The notes under the pieces are model-generated. The model saw nothing but the letters and a program-made list of their open reading frames with translations. It made no database searches and was not told where the DNA came from. From a bacterium (GTDB lineage: Bacteria; Oederibacteriota; Muellerivitia; Muellerivitales; Muellerivitaceae): DNA of 64,000 nt. Position 1 is the stretch's first letter. Each line of letters starts with the position of its first letter. The position numbers were made by a program, and so were the translations under genes. Location of the stretch: the NCBI GenBank assembly GCA_035549195.1, contig DASZRK010000002.1, positions 231,655 to 295,654 on the forward strand, written 5' to 3'. Of this stretch, positions 18,858 to 29,127 are shown one piece after another.

Positions 18858-21845
18858 CTAGCGCCGCACCAGCAGTTTGCCCAGGGCTTTCTCCTCGCCC
18901 TGCCCATTTCCGACCTGAACGTAATAAATATAGAGGCCGCTCGCTAAGGGATCCCCCTGCTGGTCCTGGGGAGCCCAGGGAATGAAATTCGTCCCTGCGG
19001 ACCCCGGGACCTTCTTCGCAAAAACACATTCCCCCGCCACGTCGTAGATACAAAGGATGATCGTCCCGCTCCCGGGCAATTCCACACGGAATTGGACCAC
19101 GGCGCCCCCCACGCTCACGTTGGGCTCGGCACGGACCAAGAAATGGGGCAAGGGAGTCGGGGTCACGGTGATGGTCGGGCTGGGCGTCGAGGTCCAGGAG
19201 GCGGTCGGGGTCGGGGAAAAACTGGGCGTGGAGGACGCTGTCCAGCTTGCCGTCCATGAACTGGTCGGGGTCCGCGAGGCTGTCGCGCTTGGGGTCATCG
19301 AAGAGGTCGGCGTGGGCGAATCCGTCGGGGTATCCGTATCGGTCAGGGTTCCAGTGGGGCTCAAGGTCGGGGTGGACGTCGCCGAGGCCGTCGTCGTAGC
19401 CGTCGGGGTGGAGGTGGTCGTACGGGTGGCGGTATCCGTTCCCGTATCCGTGGGCGTGGACGTTGCCGTCGAAGTAGCGGTCCTCGTTGCGGTCAACGTC
19501 GCAGTTCGGGTCGCGGTATCGGTCGCCGTGGGGGTCCAGGTGGGCGAATCGGTGGCCGTGAGAGTGGCGGTCGATGTGGCGCTGTCCGTGGCCGTCGAGG
19601 TCGCGCTGGAGGTCACCGTCGAAGTTGCGGTCCTCGTCGCGGTCGACGTCGCCGTTCGGGTCGCGGTGTCACTGGCCGTGGAGGTCGCGGTCATGGTAGC
19701 GGTGGGGGAGGCCGAATCGGTCGGGGTGGACGTGGTGGTCCGGGTCGGGGTATTCGTCCCTGTATCCGTCGCGGTCGATGTGGCGCTGTCCGTGGCCGTC
19801 GAGGTCGCACTGGAGGTCGCCGTCGAAGTAGCGGTCCTCGTCGCGGTCGACGTCGCCGTTCGGGTCGCGGTATCACTGGCCGTGGAGGTCGCGGTCATGG
19901 TAGCGGTGGGAGTGGCCGAATCCGTCGGGGTGGACGTGGTGGTTCGGGAGGGGGTTTCGGTCGGGGTCCGGCTGGCCGTCGGGGTGGCGGAATTCGTCGA
20001 GGTCCAGCTGGCGGTCCTGGTCGCCGAGGCGGTCGCGCTATTCGTCGGGGTGGAGGTGGGCGTCCGGGTGGCGGTCCGGGTCGGCGTGGGGGTCAGGGTG
20101 GGGGCCAAGGCCACCAGGTCGTCGATCAGGGGCTGGCCCTTGGGAGAACCCCAACCCGTCGCCAGGTCATAGCCCGTCACGGCCGGGAATTGGGTGGCGC
20201 TCCCGTTGTTGCCCGTGGTGACATCGTGGAAATCCGTGGTGTAGCTGGCGCCCTTTCCGATGGTATAGAGGGCGAGGTTGGCGAAACCCACGGTCCCCTT
20301 CCCCTGCAGGAGGGCCTGCTGGTTGACCAAGGCCATGAAGGCCCCCCAAAGGGGCGCCGCCGCGCTGGTCCCGCCCACATTGTCATCGACCCCGCAATCA
20401 CGGACATAGCAGTTCAAGCCCGCCATGGAGACGTCCGGGATGTTCCGGTAGACCGTGGAGCCCTTGTTCGCGCTCATGTCGATGCCCGCCTGGTAGCTGG
20501 CGTAGGTTGCCTGATTATCCCCCACCCGGGTCCCTTGCAGGATGCCCCCTGTGGACTGCCAGCCGTTGACGATCCCCACGGGGACCTCACCGGACCAAGC
20601 GGCTCCGGTCCCTGTCATGGAAAGATCGGTCGCCCCCACGGTGGTCTGGAGGGTCAGGTCATCATTGTCCAGGAACCGGTCCCCGTAGGGCGGATCGGAC
20701 GTAAAGGCTCCGATCCCTTTATTAGGATTGGTGGACTTCCCGTCCCCCGAGGCCAGGAAATAGGACTGTCCCTGGGCGGCGAACTCCGCCAGGATGGCGT
20801 TCTGGGTCGTCCGGTCCGAGGTCGACAACCGCCATCCCCAGGAACAGCTGATCTGGCGGCTGGTATTGTCCGAGGCGATCCGATTGAGGACATTGGTCGT
20901 CGAGTCCCCCATATAGACCACCATCTGGTCCAGGCCGGGCGCCATGGCCATGGCCACCTCGATGTCCAGGTCCACCTCGATGGCCAGGTTGCAGTCCACC
21001 GTACTGGCGGCCGACAGGCTGTCCAGGTAGACGTTGACGAGGGGGACGCTCAGCACCGGCGTGCACTTGGATTCGTACTGGGCGATATCGCTGGCGTCAT
21101 AAACGCCGAACTCGACGAGGGCGAGGGACTGTCCCGCCCCGGTGAGGGTCACGCCCGGCGCGTAAGCGTTGCGGAAATCGGTCCCCAGGAAGGTGCTGGT
21201 CCCCGCCACCACCGGGCCCGAACCCCCGGCCCGCGGGACCGTGCCGCCCGGCGCCGTTCGGGCCTGGGAGGATTCATTGCGCCGGAAGCGGGGATGGGGC
21301 CGTTCCGCATCGTCCAACCCGGCCACCGCAGCGACCGGCTGGTTCCAGTCCAGGGAAGGGTCCCGGTCGGGCCCGTAGAAAAGGCTCCTGTCTTGCCGTT
21401 GAAAGTCGTTGAGTTGGACCCGGAAGACGCGTTCCACCGTGACGCTGGGGCCTTCGACCGACAGGGCCAGGCGATTGGCGAAGGTACCGGTGATCTTGAG
21501 CCCTTCCGCCCTGGCCTTTCGCTCGAGGGCTTCATACTCGTCCGGCGGGGTCCCGAAGCGGTCGGCGAATTCCTGGGGGGTGAGGAAACGACGGTAAAGG
21601 GGACTGGCGGGATCGTAGAGCGCCAGGAGCAATCCTTGGAGTTCCGCTTCGTGACGCAAAGGCAGCGAAAGGGTCAGATGGAGGGGAGCGGAAAACGGAT
21701 GGCGACCTTTCCAAAGCCGGTCGCCCGGGTTGAAGGTCCGGTGACCCGTGAGGGTCCGCCAGGGACCTGCGAAAGCGGGCGCTGCCAGGAGACAAAGGGC
21801 CGCGAGAAAGACCCGGAGCGGGCGCGACAGGGGGATTCGGAACAT
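18858..21845 (-). CDS. Secreted peptidase S53 (sedolisin/kumamolisin-like) with pro-domain, Thr/Pro/Ser/Asp linker and T9SS-type CTD
   Basis: Signal peptide, then pro-kumamolisin activation-domain motif LTPQEFADRFGTP. Catalytic Ser context GGTSAAAPLWGAFMALVNQ and SCSWGW. About 330 aa of TATRT/TSTATD low-complexity linker. CTD ...GDPLASGLYIYYVQVGNGQGEEKALGKLLVRR. Confidence 0.8.
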   Translation of the reverse strand: MFRIPLSRPLRVFLAALCLLAAPAFAGPWRTLTGHRTFNPGDRLWKGRHPFSAPLHLTLSLPLRHEAELQGLLLALYDPASPLYRRFLTPQEFADRFGTPPDEYEALERKARAEGLKITGTFANRLALSVEGPSVTVERVFRVQLNDFQRQDRSLFYGPDRDPSLDWNQPVAAVAGLDDAERPHPRFRRNESSQARTAPGGTVPRAGGSGPVVAGTSTFLGTDFRNAYAPGVTLTGAGQSLALVEFGVYDASDIAQYESKCTPVLSVPLVNVYLDSLSAASTVDCNLAIEVDLDIEVAMAMAPGLDQMVVYMGDSTTNVLNRIASDNTSRQISCSWGWRLSTSDRTTQNAILAEFAAQGQSYFLASGDGKSTNPNKGIGAFTSDPPYGDRFLDNDDLTLQTTVGATDLSMTGTGAAWSGEVPVGIVNGWQSTGGILQGTRVGDNQATYASYQAGIDMSANKGSTVYRNIPDVSMAGLNCYVRDCGVDDNVGGTSAAAPLWGAFMALVNQQALLQGKGTVGFANLALYTIGKGASYTTDFHDVTTGNNGSATQFPAVTGYDLATGWGSPKGQPLIDDLVALAPTLTPTPTRTATRTPTSTPTNSATASATRTASWTSTNSATPTASRTPTETPSRTTTSTPTDSATPTATMTATSTASDTATRTATSTATRTATSTATSSATSTATDSATSTATDTGTNTPTRTTTSTPTDSASPTATMTATSTASDTATRTATSTATRTATSTVTSSATSTATDSATSTATLTATDSPTWTPTATDTATRTATLTATRTATSTATSTPTDTGTDTATRTTTSTPTATTTASATSTPTLSPTGTLTDTDTPTDSPTPTSSMTPSATASRTPTSSWTASWTASSTPSFSPTPTASWTSTPSPTITVTPTPLPHFLVRAEPNVSVGGAVVQFRVELPGSGTIILCIYDVAGECVFAKKVPGSAGTNFIPWAPQDQQGDPLASGLYIYYVQVGNGQGEEKALGKLLVRR

Positions 21846-21884
21846 GGACCTTTCCTGAACGGGGATTTCAGCCCCCGCCGGTCC

Positions 21885-24011
21885 TCAATGGCGCACCAGG
21901 ACCTTTCCAACGGCTTTCTGGCCGGAGGAGCCGTCCCCGGCCTGCACATAATAAAGGTAGATGCCGCTGGCGACAGGATCTCCTTGCTGGTTTTTGACCG
22001 GCCAAGGGATATCGTTCCACCCGAGGTGTCCCGGCACTTTCACCGCGTAAAAGCTCTCCCCCGAAAGGGCGTAAAGGGAAAGGGTGAGTGTCCGGGCCGT
22101 GAGCAGGTTGACCTTGAAGTGGATGGTCTGCGTCCCATCGGTGAAATTGGGCCAGGCTTGGACCACGAAGGCCGGCCCCGGCGTGGGCGTGATGGTGGGC
22201 GTCGCGGTATCGGTCGGAGTGGGGGTGATGGTGGGGGTATGGGTGCTGGTCGGTGTCCTCGTCGGGGTCCCGGTGTGCGTTGAGGTGGCGGTCGGCGTCA
22301 CGGTGGGAAGGACCGCCACCAGGTCGTCGATCAAGGCTTGACCCTTCGGGGAACCCCAGCCCGTGGCCAGGTCGTAGCCCGTGACGGCCGGGAATTGGGT
22401 GGGGCTGCCGTTGTCCCCGGTGGTGATGTCGTTGAAGTCGGTCGTGTAGTTGGCCCCCTTGCCGATGGAATAAAGGCTGGGGTTCGCGAAACCCACCGAA
22501 CCCTTGCCCGATACCGCCGCCTGTTGGTTGACCAGGGCCATGAAGGCCGCCCAGAGGGGCGCCGAAGCGCTGGTGCCGCCGACCGTATCGTCCCCATAGG
22601 AGCAGTCATAGACGTGGCAGCCCAGACCGACCATGGATACATCGGGAACGTTCCGGTAAGTGGTGGACCCGAAGTTGGTGCTCATGTCGATCCCGGTCTG
22701 GTAGGACGGGATCGAATCCCCCACGTTGCTGCCCGCCAGGATGCCTCCTGTGGATTGCCATGTGGCCTGCGTGGGCACCGGTACCTCCGAAGACCAGGAC
22801 ACGCCCGGGCTGTTCATGAAGAGCCGGGTGGCCCCCACCAGGGTCTGGGTGACCTCGCTGTCATTGGCCAAAGAAGTATCTCCATAGGGCGGATCGGTCG
22901 TGAAGGCGCCGGTACCATCCGTCGAGCTCCCATCCCCGGAGGCCAGGAAATAGGATTGGCCTTGGGCGGCGAATAAAGCCAGGACCGTGTTCTCCGCGGT
23001 CCTTTCGGAACTGGACAAGGACCATCCCCAAGAACAACTGATCTGACGGCTGTTGTTGTCGGATTGGATCCGGTTCAGGACCGTCAGGGTCGAAGTTCCC
23101 ATATAGACGTACAGCTTGGAAAGTCCCGGCGCCATGGAGATGGCCACGTCGATGTCCAGGTTGACCTCCACTTCACCTCCATTGCCCGAACAATCCACCG
23201 TGGACGCCGAACTGAGCCCATTCAAGTAAATGTTCGAGACGGGAACGCTGATGGGCGGGGAGCATTCCGCCGCGTAGGTCGCGGGATTACCGACGTTGTA
23301 GGTGGAGAACTCCACCAGGGCCAGGTTTTGGCCCGCGCCGGTCAGTGTCACGCCTGGCGCGTAGGCATTGCGGTAGTCGCTGCCGATGAAATCCCCGCCA
23401 GGACCGGACCCTCCCACCCGGGGGACCGGGAGGCCCACGCTCCGGGGGATCCTTTTCAAGCGGGGACGGGGCCTGACCGCGTCGTCCAGGCCGCCTATAT
23501 GCACCACCGGACCCAGGCCGTCCGTGGACGGGTCCTGGTCGGGCCCATAGAAGACCGTGCCGTCGGCGCGGCGGAAATCGTTGATCCTCACCCCGAAGTT
23601 CTTCTCCACCCGGTCCGTATCCCCCTCGAATTCCACCATCAAGCGGTTGGAATAGGTCCCGGTCACGCGGAAACCCCGGAGCCGCAGTTGGTCCTGGAGG
23701 GCCTGGTACTGGGCCGCGGTCGGACCGAACCGGTCGGCCAATTCCTGGGGCGTGAGGAAATGCTGATAGAGGGGGTTGTGGGGGTCGTAGACGGCCTTGA
23801 GGAAGTTCTCCAGGCCCGCCGGATCCCGCAAGGGCAGGCTGACGGAAAGCCTCATGCGGGCGGCCGGGGCGTGACGGCCCAACCAAAGATGGGACGAGGG
23901 GGAAAAAGTCCGGTGGCCGGGAATGGCATGTGGAGCGGCCCAGGAAACGGTCCATCCACCTGATAAAAGAAGGGCGGAAAGGAGAAGGACGGGCGTTCGG
24001 TTCTTGCTCAT
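21885..24011 (-). CDS. Secreted peptidase S53 (sedolisin-like) paralog with short Thr/Pro linker and T9SS-type CTD
   Basis: Paralog of the previous gene: LTPQELADRFGPT, GGTSASAPLWAAFMALVNQ and SCSWGW. CTD ...GDPVASGIYLYYVQAGDGSSGQKAVGKVLVRH. Confidence 0.8.
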   Translation of the reverse strand: MSKNRTPVLLLSALLLSGGWTVSWAAPHAIPGHRTFSPSSHLWLGRHAPAARMRLSVSLPLRDPAGLENFLKAVYDPHNPLYQHFLTPQELADRFGPTAAQYQALQDQLRLRGFRVTGTYSNRLMVEFEGDTDRVEKNFGVRINDFRRADGTVFYGPDQDPSTDGLGPVVHIGGLDDAVRPRPRLKRIPRSVGLPVPRVGGSGPGGDFIGSDYRNAYAPGVTLTGAGQNLALVEFSTYNVGNPATYAAECSPPISVPVSNIYLNGLSSASTVDCSGNGGEVEVNLDIDVAISMAPGLSKLYVYMGTSTLTVLNRIQSDNNSRQISCSWGWSLSSSERTAENTVLALFAAQGQSYFLASGDGSSTDGTGAFTTDPPYGDTSLANDSEVTQTLVGATRLFMNSPGVSWSSEVPVPTQATWQSTGGILAGSNVGDSIPSYQTGIDMSTNFGSTTYRNVPDVSMVGLGCHVYDCSYGDDTVGGTSASAPLWAAFMALVNQQAAVSGKGSVGFANPSLYSIGKGANYTTDFNDITTGDNGSPTQFPAVTGYDLATGWGSPKGQALIDDLVAVLPTVTPTATSTHTGTPTRTPTSTHTPTITPTPTDTATPTITPTPGPAFVVQAWPNFTDGTQTIHFKVNLLTARTLTLSLYALSGESFYAVKVPGHLGWNDIPWPVKNQQGDPVASGIYLYYVQAGDGSSGQKAVGKVLVRH

Positions 24012-24338
24012 GGGATAAAAACTATATCATCGACCGGCCAAGCCACGCTATAGACCCATTAGGACCTGTCGCTTATTGGCTATACATTGCCACATAATTT
24101 GAAAAAAACCGAAACATAAATCGCATTAGGACCATTCATCGCTACGCCTATCGGAATTGCCGACCGGACCACATCCCCCAAAAAGTTTCCCAAACTATCC
24201 AACTCTTCGAGAGTGATCCTGTGCCGAAGTTGGTCGCATTGTCCGTCTCCGTTTCCGGCCCTTCATTGATTAATACGATTCGACCCGTGACCAAAAATCT
24301 CCACTCGGGCATTCCCATGAAATCACTTCCAATAAGCA

Positions 24339-25541
24339 TTACGGGGAATAAACTTCAATGGAATTGTTCGCAGTATCCGTAAGATAAATCCTCCCCATTC
24401 CATCGATAGCAACTTGGTTCGGGAGTGCCAGACTCCCCGAAGGATCACCCGACGCAGTTGTGTCACCCAAAAAGATCCAAGAATCATTGAATTCCCTAAG
24501 GCAAGCCCGCGTATATGTGTAGTTACCGCCCGCTATGTAAATGTTCCCAGATGGATCAATCGCCATACCGCGATAAGCCGGATCCAAACTCATCGGCACA
24601 GCCAATTCCGGAGCATATAAAAATGTTAGTGGATTGCCATTTGCATCGAATTTAGAAATTTGAGAAGGAGGGTTTGCCGATACATACACATCGTTATTTC
24701 CATCAACAGCGATTGATCCGATATTCCCCGGAAAGATCTGTGTTATATAGGTGCCGGAATGAGTGAATTTTTGGACACGACTGTTTCCGGGATCCGTGAC
24801 ATAGATCGAAGCACCTGCGGACCCATTGTTATCCAAGACAATCCCGTACGGATGTGAAAACTCGCCGGGACCCCCACCCGTAACCGGAGAACTGGATCCA
24901 ATTTGATAAATGAAATTCATGTTTTGGTCGAAAACCATGACCCTGTTTTCATTGTTGTCCACGATGAAGATATTTCCTAACTGATCAATCGCGATGCCGG
25001 CAATCCGTCCAATTTGTCCCATCTGGCTGCTCGATGCCGCATAAGAAGTAACCGGTATCCCCGCAGATGTGTAAATACCCAATGTGGTCCCAAATAGAGA
25101 TCCGATCGTAGTCCCAAGGGATTGGCCCACAAAGACATTGTTGTTTGTGGGATCGATAGCGATCGCTTCAGGAAGTGGAACCGTCCAATGGGTGATATGC
25201 GTGAGAACTGGTGTTGACGTATAGGTCGGGGTTCCGGTCCAGGTCGCAGTGGAGGTCATGGTCGGTGTGAATGAAGATGTCAAAGAACTTGTTGGCGTGA
25301 AACTATCCGTCTCCGTGAATGTAGGGGAGATGGTAAAAGTAGCTGTGGCGGTCGGGGTGTTCGTCGGGGTTTCCGATGGGGTTTGGGTGGGTGAGTCGGT
25401 CGGACTGGAAGTTGGTATGGGCGTATTCGTCCGGGTGACCGTCGGGGCGGGAGGAGATGCAGGCGGTTTGTTTTCCACGCATGACCAGGAAAGGAATAGG
25501 CCCAAGAACCCAAGAAAGAACAAATTTAAGGACTTTTTCAT
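24339..25541 (-). CDS. Secreted/lipoprotein-like NHL-repeat beta-propeller protein with N-terminal Thr/Pro linker; AT-rich, compositionally anomalous gene
   Basis: [21 protein letters not shown] signal (non-canonical lipobox), then [39 protein letters not shown]... linker. NHL repeats follow ([29 protein letters not shown]; [22 protein letters not shown]). There is no CTD. GC content is visibly lower than in the flanking genes. Confidence 0.65.
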   Translation of the reverse strand: MKKSLNLFFLGFLGLFLSWSCVENKPPASPPAPTVTRTNTPIPTSSPTDSPTQTPSETPTNTPTATATFTISPTFTETDSFTPTSSLTSSFTPTMTSTATWTGTPTYTSTPVLTHITHWTVPLPEAIAIDPTNNNVFVGQSLGTTIGSLFGTTLGIYTSAGIPVTSYAASSSQMGQIGRIAGIAIDQLGNIFIVDNNENRVMVFDQNMNFIYQIGSSSPVTGGGPGEFSHPYGIVLDNNGSAGASIYVTDPGNSRVQKFTHSGTYITQIFPGNIGSIAVDGNNDVYVSANPPSQISKFDANGNPLTFLYAPELAVPMSLDPAYRGMAIDPSGNIYIAGGNYTYTRACLREFNDSWIFLGDTTASGDPSGSLALPNQVAIDGMGRIYLTDTANNSIEVYSP

Positions 25542-25616
25542 AGCACCAACTTCGATAAGGATCACCCGGTCATCCAGAGCATCTTATCAAAGTGCCATGT
25601 TTATTTTGACCCAGGC

Positions 25617-26507
25617 TTACTTGGCCCGGTAGGCCGCCGCGAAACCCGACAGGAATTCCTTCAAATGGGTCGTTCCCCGGCCCAGGGTCCGGGTCGGTTC
25701 CAAACGCCCCTCATTGAAAGCTTGGTTCATCTCGATCATGAGCCCGGCCATCTGGGGCGTCATGCCCGCCCCGATCATCCCTTGTTTGGCGTCCTCATAA
25801 GGGAACTGCACATAGGGCAGGCCGGGTTTGCCGATAGCCTCCCCGATGAGCGCGGTGGCTTGGGTCATGGTCACGTCCTCCGGTCCCCCGTATTCGAGCA
25901 CTTCGGCGCCTTGGAAGTCCAAAGCGGACAATCTTTGGGCGCTCACCACCCCCAGGTCCCGGGTGGCCACCATGGGGATCTTCAGGTCCGCACGCAACGG
26001 CGTTCCCACGACCCCCATCCCCTTGAGGACGGGCAAAGCGTAGAAAAGGTTCTCCATGAAATAAGCGGCGCGCAAATGGACCACGTTCAGGCCCGCGATG
26101 GATTCCAAGTTCTTTTCCATCCGGTGGAGGTTCCCGATCGGTCCGTTGCCCTTGGGTTTGTCGGCCCCGATGGAGCTCAGGTTCACGGCGTTCTTGACGC
26201 CTGAAATCTTGACGGCGGCCGCGATGGCCTCGCCGGTGGCGATCTGATAAGCGGAGAAATCCGGCTCCCCATAGGAAGGCGGGATCAACAGGAACACCCC
26301 GTCGCTTCCCTGGAAGGCCGCGCCCAGGGCCTTGGCGTCCCCGAAGGAAGGCGAAAGCGTCTCGGCGCCCTTGGCCTTCAACCGGGAGAGCTTTTCCGGG
26401 TCCCGTCCCAGGGCCCGGACCTGATGGCCCTTCTTCAGGAGTTCTTCGGATAGGACATGGCCGATATGGCCGGTAGCGCCCATGATGGTGAAGGTCTTTT
26501 GGGACAT
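25617..26507 (-). CDS. NmrA-like NAD(P)H-binding atypical SDR family protein
   Basis: [12 protein letters not shown] Rossmann motif; overall NmrA/isoflavone-reductase-like layout; 296 aa. Confidence 0.7.
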   Translation of the reverse strand: MSQKTFTIMGATGHIGHVLSEELLKKGHQVRALGRDPEKLSRLKAKGAETLSPSFGDAKALGAAFQGSDGVFLLIPPSYGEPDFSAYQIATGEAIAAAVKISGVKNAVNLSSIGADKPKGNGPIGNLHRMEKNLESIAGLNVVHLRAAYFMENLFYALPVLKGMGVVGTPLRADLKIPMVATRDLGVVSAQRLSALDFQGAEVLEYGGPEDVTMTQATALIGEAIGKPGLPYVQFPYEDAKQGMIGAGMTPQMAGLMIEMNQAFNEGRLEPTRTLGRGTTHLKEFLSGFAAAYRAK

Positions 26508-26730
26508 ACGCCCTCCTTAGGTTCGAGTGGAAGCACTATCGATCCCCCGGAAAAGCCTTTCAAGCGGGCCTTGGATTAAACCGTTTCCCCTTAGTAACCC
26601 GCTTTCGGTTGAGGGACGGCGGGACGGCGTGCGATAATCCCCTGCGGTGTCCTTTGCCCGTTCATTGAACGGGTTCACTGCGTCCGGACGGTTTCACGTT
26701 TGATTTCGGATCTTGATCTTGGGGAAACGA

Positions 26731-29115
26731 ATGGTCCTTTCCGTTAACAAATTAAAACGTTCCAAGCTCCCCTTTCTTTGCCTGGGACTCTTGGTCCTCC
26801 CTTCCCTCGCCCGGGCCCAGGTCACCTTCAACAGCCTGGCGATCTCCAACAGCAATCCTTCTCCCGGCAGTACGGTGGGTGTGACCGTGGTCTATTGCGA
26901 AGGGACCTTCAAAACCCCGCATTTCTTCGTGGGGCTGAATCCCTCCTCCACGACCCTGCAATCCTGCCCCGCCGCCAACCAGACCCTGCTGGTCGATTCC
27001 TCCACCACCCCCAGCGGGAGCTATTCGGTCAATTCCTCCACCAACGACACCAACGACTCCGGGGGCGGTTGGACCGGGGTGGCCGTGGGCGGCACCGCCG
27101 CTTGTCCCGTCACCCAGGTCTGGGCCGTGACCATCCCGCTCACCCTGGGTGCCGGCACCTACCACTTGATCGTGGAAGAGAACGATTTCTACATCGGCTG
27201 TAACGGGACCGCCTATCCCAACGTGAACACCACCCTGACGGTGCCCTATCCCCCGCCCTCCATTAATTTGGTCAAGATCGCCGACGGCAGCACCGCCAAC
27301 CCGGGCGACCTGGTGCTCTTCCGGCTGGACTACACCTACGTGAACACCGGACCCGTCACGATCACCGATACCATCCCGGCGAACACCGCCCTGGCCGCCG
27401 CCTCGGGCGCCATCAGTCCCGGCGGCACCTTGAGCGGTTCCACGATCACTTGGGTCTTACCCTCCACCTTGGCCCCCGTCACCGGCGAGGTCTGGTTCCT
27501 CACCCAGGTCAATGCGGGCACCCCGGCCGGCACCGTGATCTCCAACACCGCCTCCGCCTCCTCCGCCAGCGCCGGTACCGTTCCTTCCAATACCGCCCAG
27601 GTCAACGTGGGAGTGGGGGGCTTCACGCTCCTGAAAAGCGAGAACGCCGCCACCCTCAACAACGGCAACACCGTGACCTATACCTTGAACTACCAGGTGA
27701 GCGGGGAAAGCCTGCAGGATTGCGACACCTTCGCCAACAACACCGTGGGCACGGCCAACGGGTCCATCCTGGGCTTCGACGGGACCGGCTACACCTACAC
27801 CAATACCGGGGGCATCGGCGGTTTCACCGTCCAACATGACGCCCAGGGCAACAGCTATGTCCAGGCCTGCGCCCAGAACACCTGCAATTCGTCGGTCACG
27901 GTCGGAAATTACCCCACCCTGCTTCGAAACGGCCCCGCCGTGAACCTTTGCAACAACTTCATGGTGGAGGGGGACATGATGATCCCGGCTTCCTCGGCCC
28001 CCGGCGCCGACGCCACCCTGGTGCTGGCCGACAACATCTCGGCCCCTGGCGTCAACGACGCCTACATGGCGGGCATGTCCCTGGACGCGGGTCCGGCGAA
28101 TTTCTATATCCAGAAGAACGTGTCCGGGACCAGCAGCGTCACCTTCCCTGCCCAGGCCAACAACGCGGCCCTGGGGCTCACCATCACCAGCGGGGTCTGG
28201 TACACGGTCAAGGTCCTGGTGACCTACTCGGGCGGTTCCCTGACCTTCCAAGGCAAGCTCTGGCCCAAGGGGTCCGCCGAACCCGCCACCTGGAGCATCA
28301 ATTGGACCGATAGCTCACCCCTGCCCTGCACGGCCATCAACGGCGGTTCCTACCGGATGGGTTGGCAGGCGGACGGCTCCGCCTCCACCGATGATTATTC
28401 CAACCTGAAGCTCTACGGACCTTCCCCGGTGGCGGACCCCACCCTTTGGGACACCCTCCCGGCCGGGCTGGTCTTCGTGGGCTCCACCCCCAACGCCCCC
28501 AGCCTTCAGGCGGGCAATTTCCTGGAATGGGACCTGGGCGGCGCCCACCCCGTCACCACCTACAACCTGACCGGGGCCGTCACCCTTTCGGCGGTCGTCA
28601 CTTGCGGCACCTTCGCCAACCAGGCCGCCATCATGGGCGGCGGCGCGGCCTCCATGGTGCTGTCGAATTCCGTGACCCTCGCCATCAACAGCGGCTGCAT
28701 CACCAGCACCCCGACCAACACCCCCACTCCCACCATCACCCCGACCCCGACGGTCACGCCCACCCCCAGCCCCACCGGGACCCCCACGAACACCCCGACC
28801 ATCACACCCACCCCCATCCCCGAGGTGGACATTTTCTACGTGTCGAAGAACGCCTTCGACCCGAAGAACGACGGACCGGTCTCCATTTATGTCGGTTACT
28901 CGAAATTCCCGGGGGATTATTCCTTGAGGATCTACAACAGTGCGGGGGAGCACATCCGGACGCTGGATTCGAAGACCGTGAACCAGCCCTTGAGCGAATC
29001 CTATGAATGGGACGGGAAGAACAAATACGGCGACGACTGCGCCAGCGGCATCTACATCCTCCTGCTACGGGAGCCCTTCGCGGTCAAGATGAAGCGGGTG
29101 CTCATCCTTCGCTGA
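26731..29115 (+). CDS. Secreted DUF11/conserved-repeat-domain beta-sandwich protein (adhesin-like) with short Thr/Pro linker and T9SS-type CTD (classical Por_Secre_tail flavour)
   Basis: Signal peptide MVLSVNKLKRSKLPFLCLGLLVLPSLARAQ with RBS ggggaaacgaATG. DUF11-like segment ANPGDLVLFRLDYTYVNTGPVTITDTIP. Linker TSTPTNTPTPTITPTPTVTPTPSPTGTP. CTD ...YEWDGKNKYGDDCASGIYILLLREPFAVKMKRVLILR. Confidence 0.7.
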   Translation: MVLSVNKLKRSKLPFLCLGLLVLPSLARAQVTFNSLAISNSNPSPGSTVGVTVVYCEGTFKTPHFFVGLNPSSTTLQSCPAANQTLLVDSSTTPSGSYSVNSSTNDTNDSGGGWTGVAVGGTAACPVTQVWAVTIPLTLGAGTYHLIVEENDFYIGCNGTAYPNVNTTLTVPYPPPSINLVKIADGSTANPGDLVLFRLDYTYVNTGPVTITDTIPANTALAAASGAISPGGTLSGSTITWVLPSTLAPVTGEVWFLTQVNAGTPAGTVISNTASASSASAGTVPSNTAQVNVGVGGFTLLKSENAATLNNGNTVTYTLNYQVSGESLQDCDTFANNTVGTANGSILGFDGTGYTYTNTGGIGGFTVQHDAQGNSYVQACAQNTCNSSVTVGNYPTLLRNGPAVNLCNNFMVEGDMMIPASSAPGADATLVLADNISAPGVNDAYMAGMSLDAGPANFYIQKNVSGTSSVTFPAQANNAALGLTITSGVWYTVKVLVTYSGGSLTFQGKLWPKGSAEPATWSINWTDSSPLPCTAINGGSYRMGWQADGSASTDDYSNLKLYGPSPVADPTLWDTLPAGLVFVGSTPNAPSLQAGNFLEWDLGGAHPVTTYNLTGAVTLSAVVTCGTFANQAAIMGGGAASMVLSNSVTLAINSGCITSTPTNTPTPTITPTPTVTPTPSPTGTPTNTPTITPTPIPEVDIFYVSKNAFDPKNDGPVSIYVGYSKFPGDYSLRIYNSAGEHIRTLDSKTVNQPLSESYEWDGKNKYGDDCASGIYILLLREPFAVKMKRVLILR

Positions 29116-29127
29116 CCCCGCTCCCGG

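Noticed and set aside
18848-18868. Hairpin CGGCGC-tccta-GCGCCG between convergent SDR and S53 genes as a terminator
   Set aside because: It overlaps the S53 stop codon and lacks a U-tract on either strand. It may influence mRNA stability but is not a convincing intrinsic terminator.
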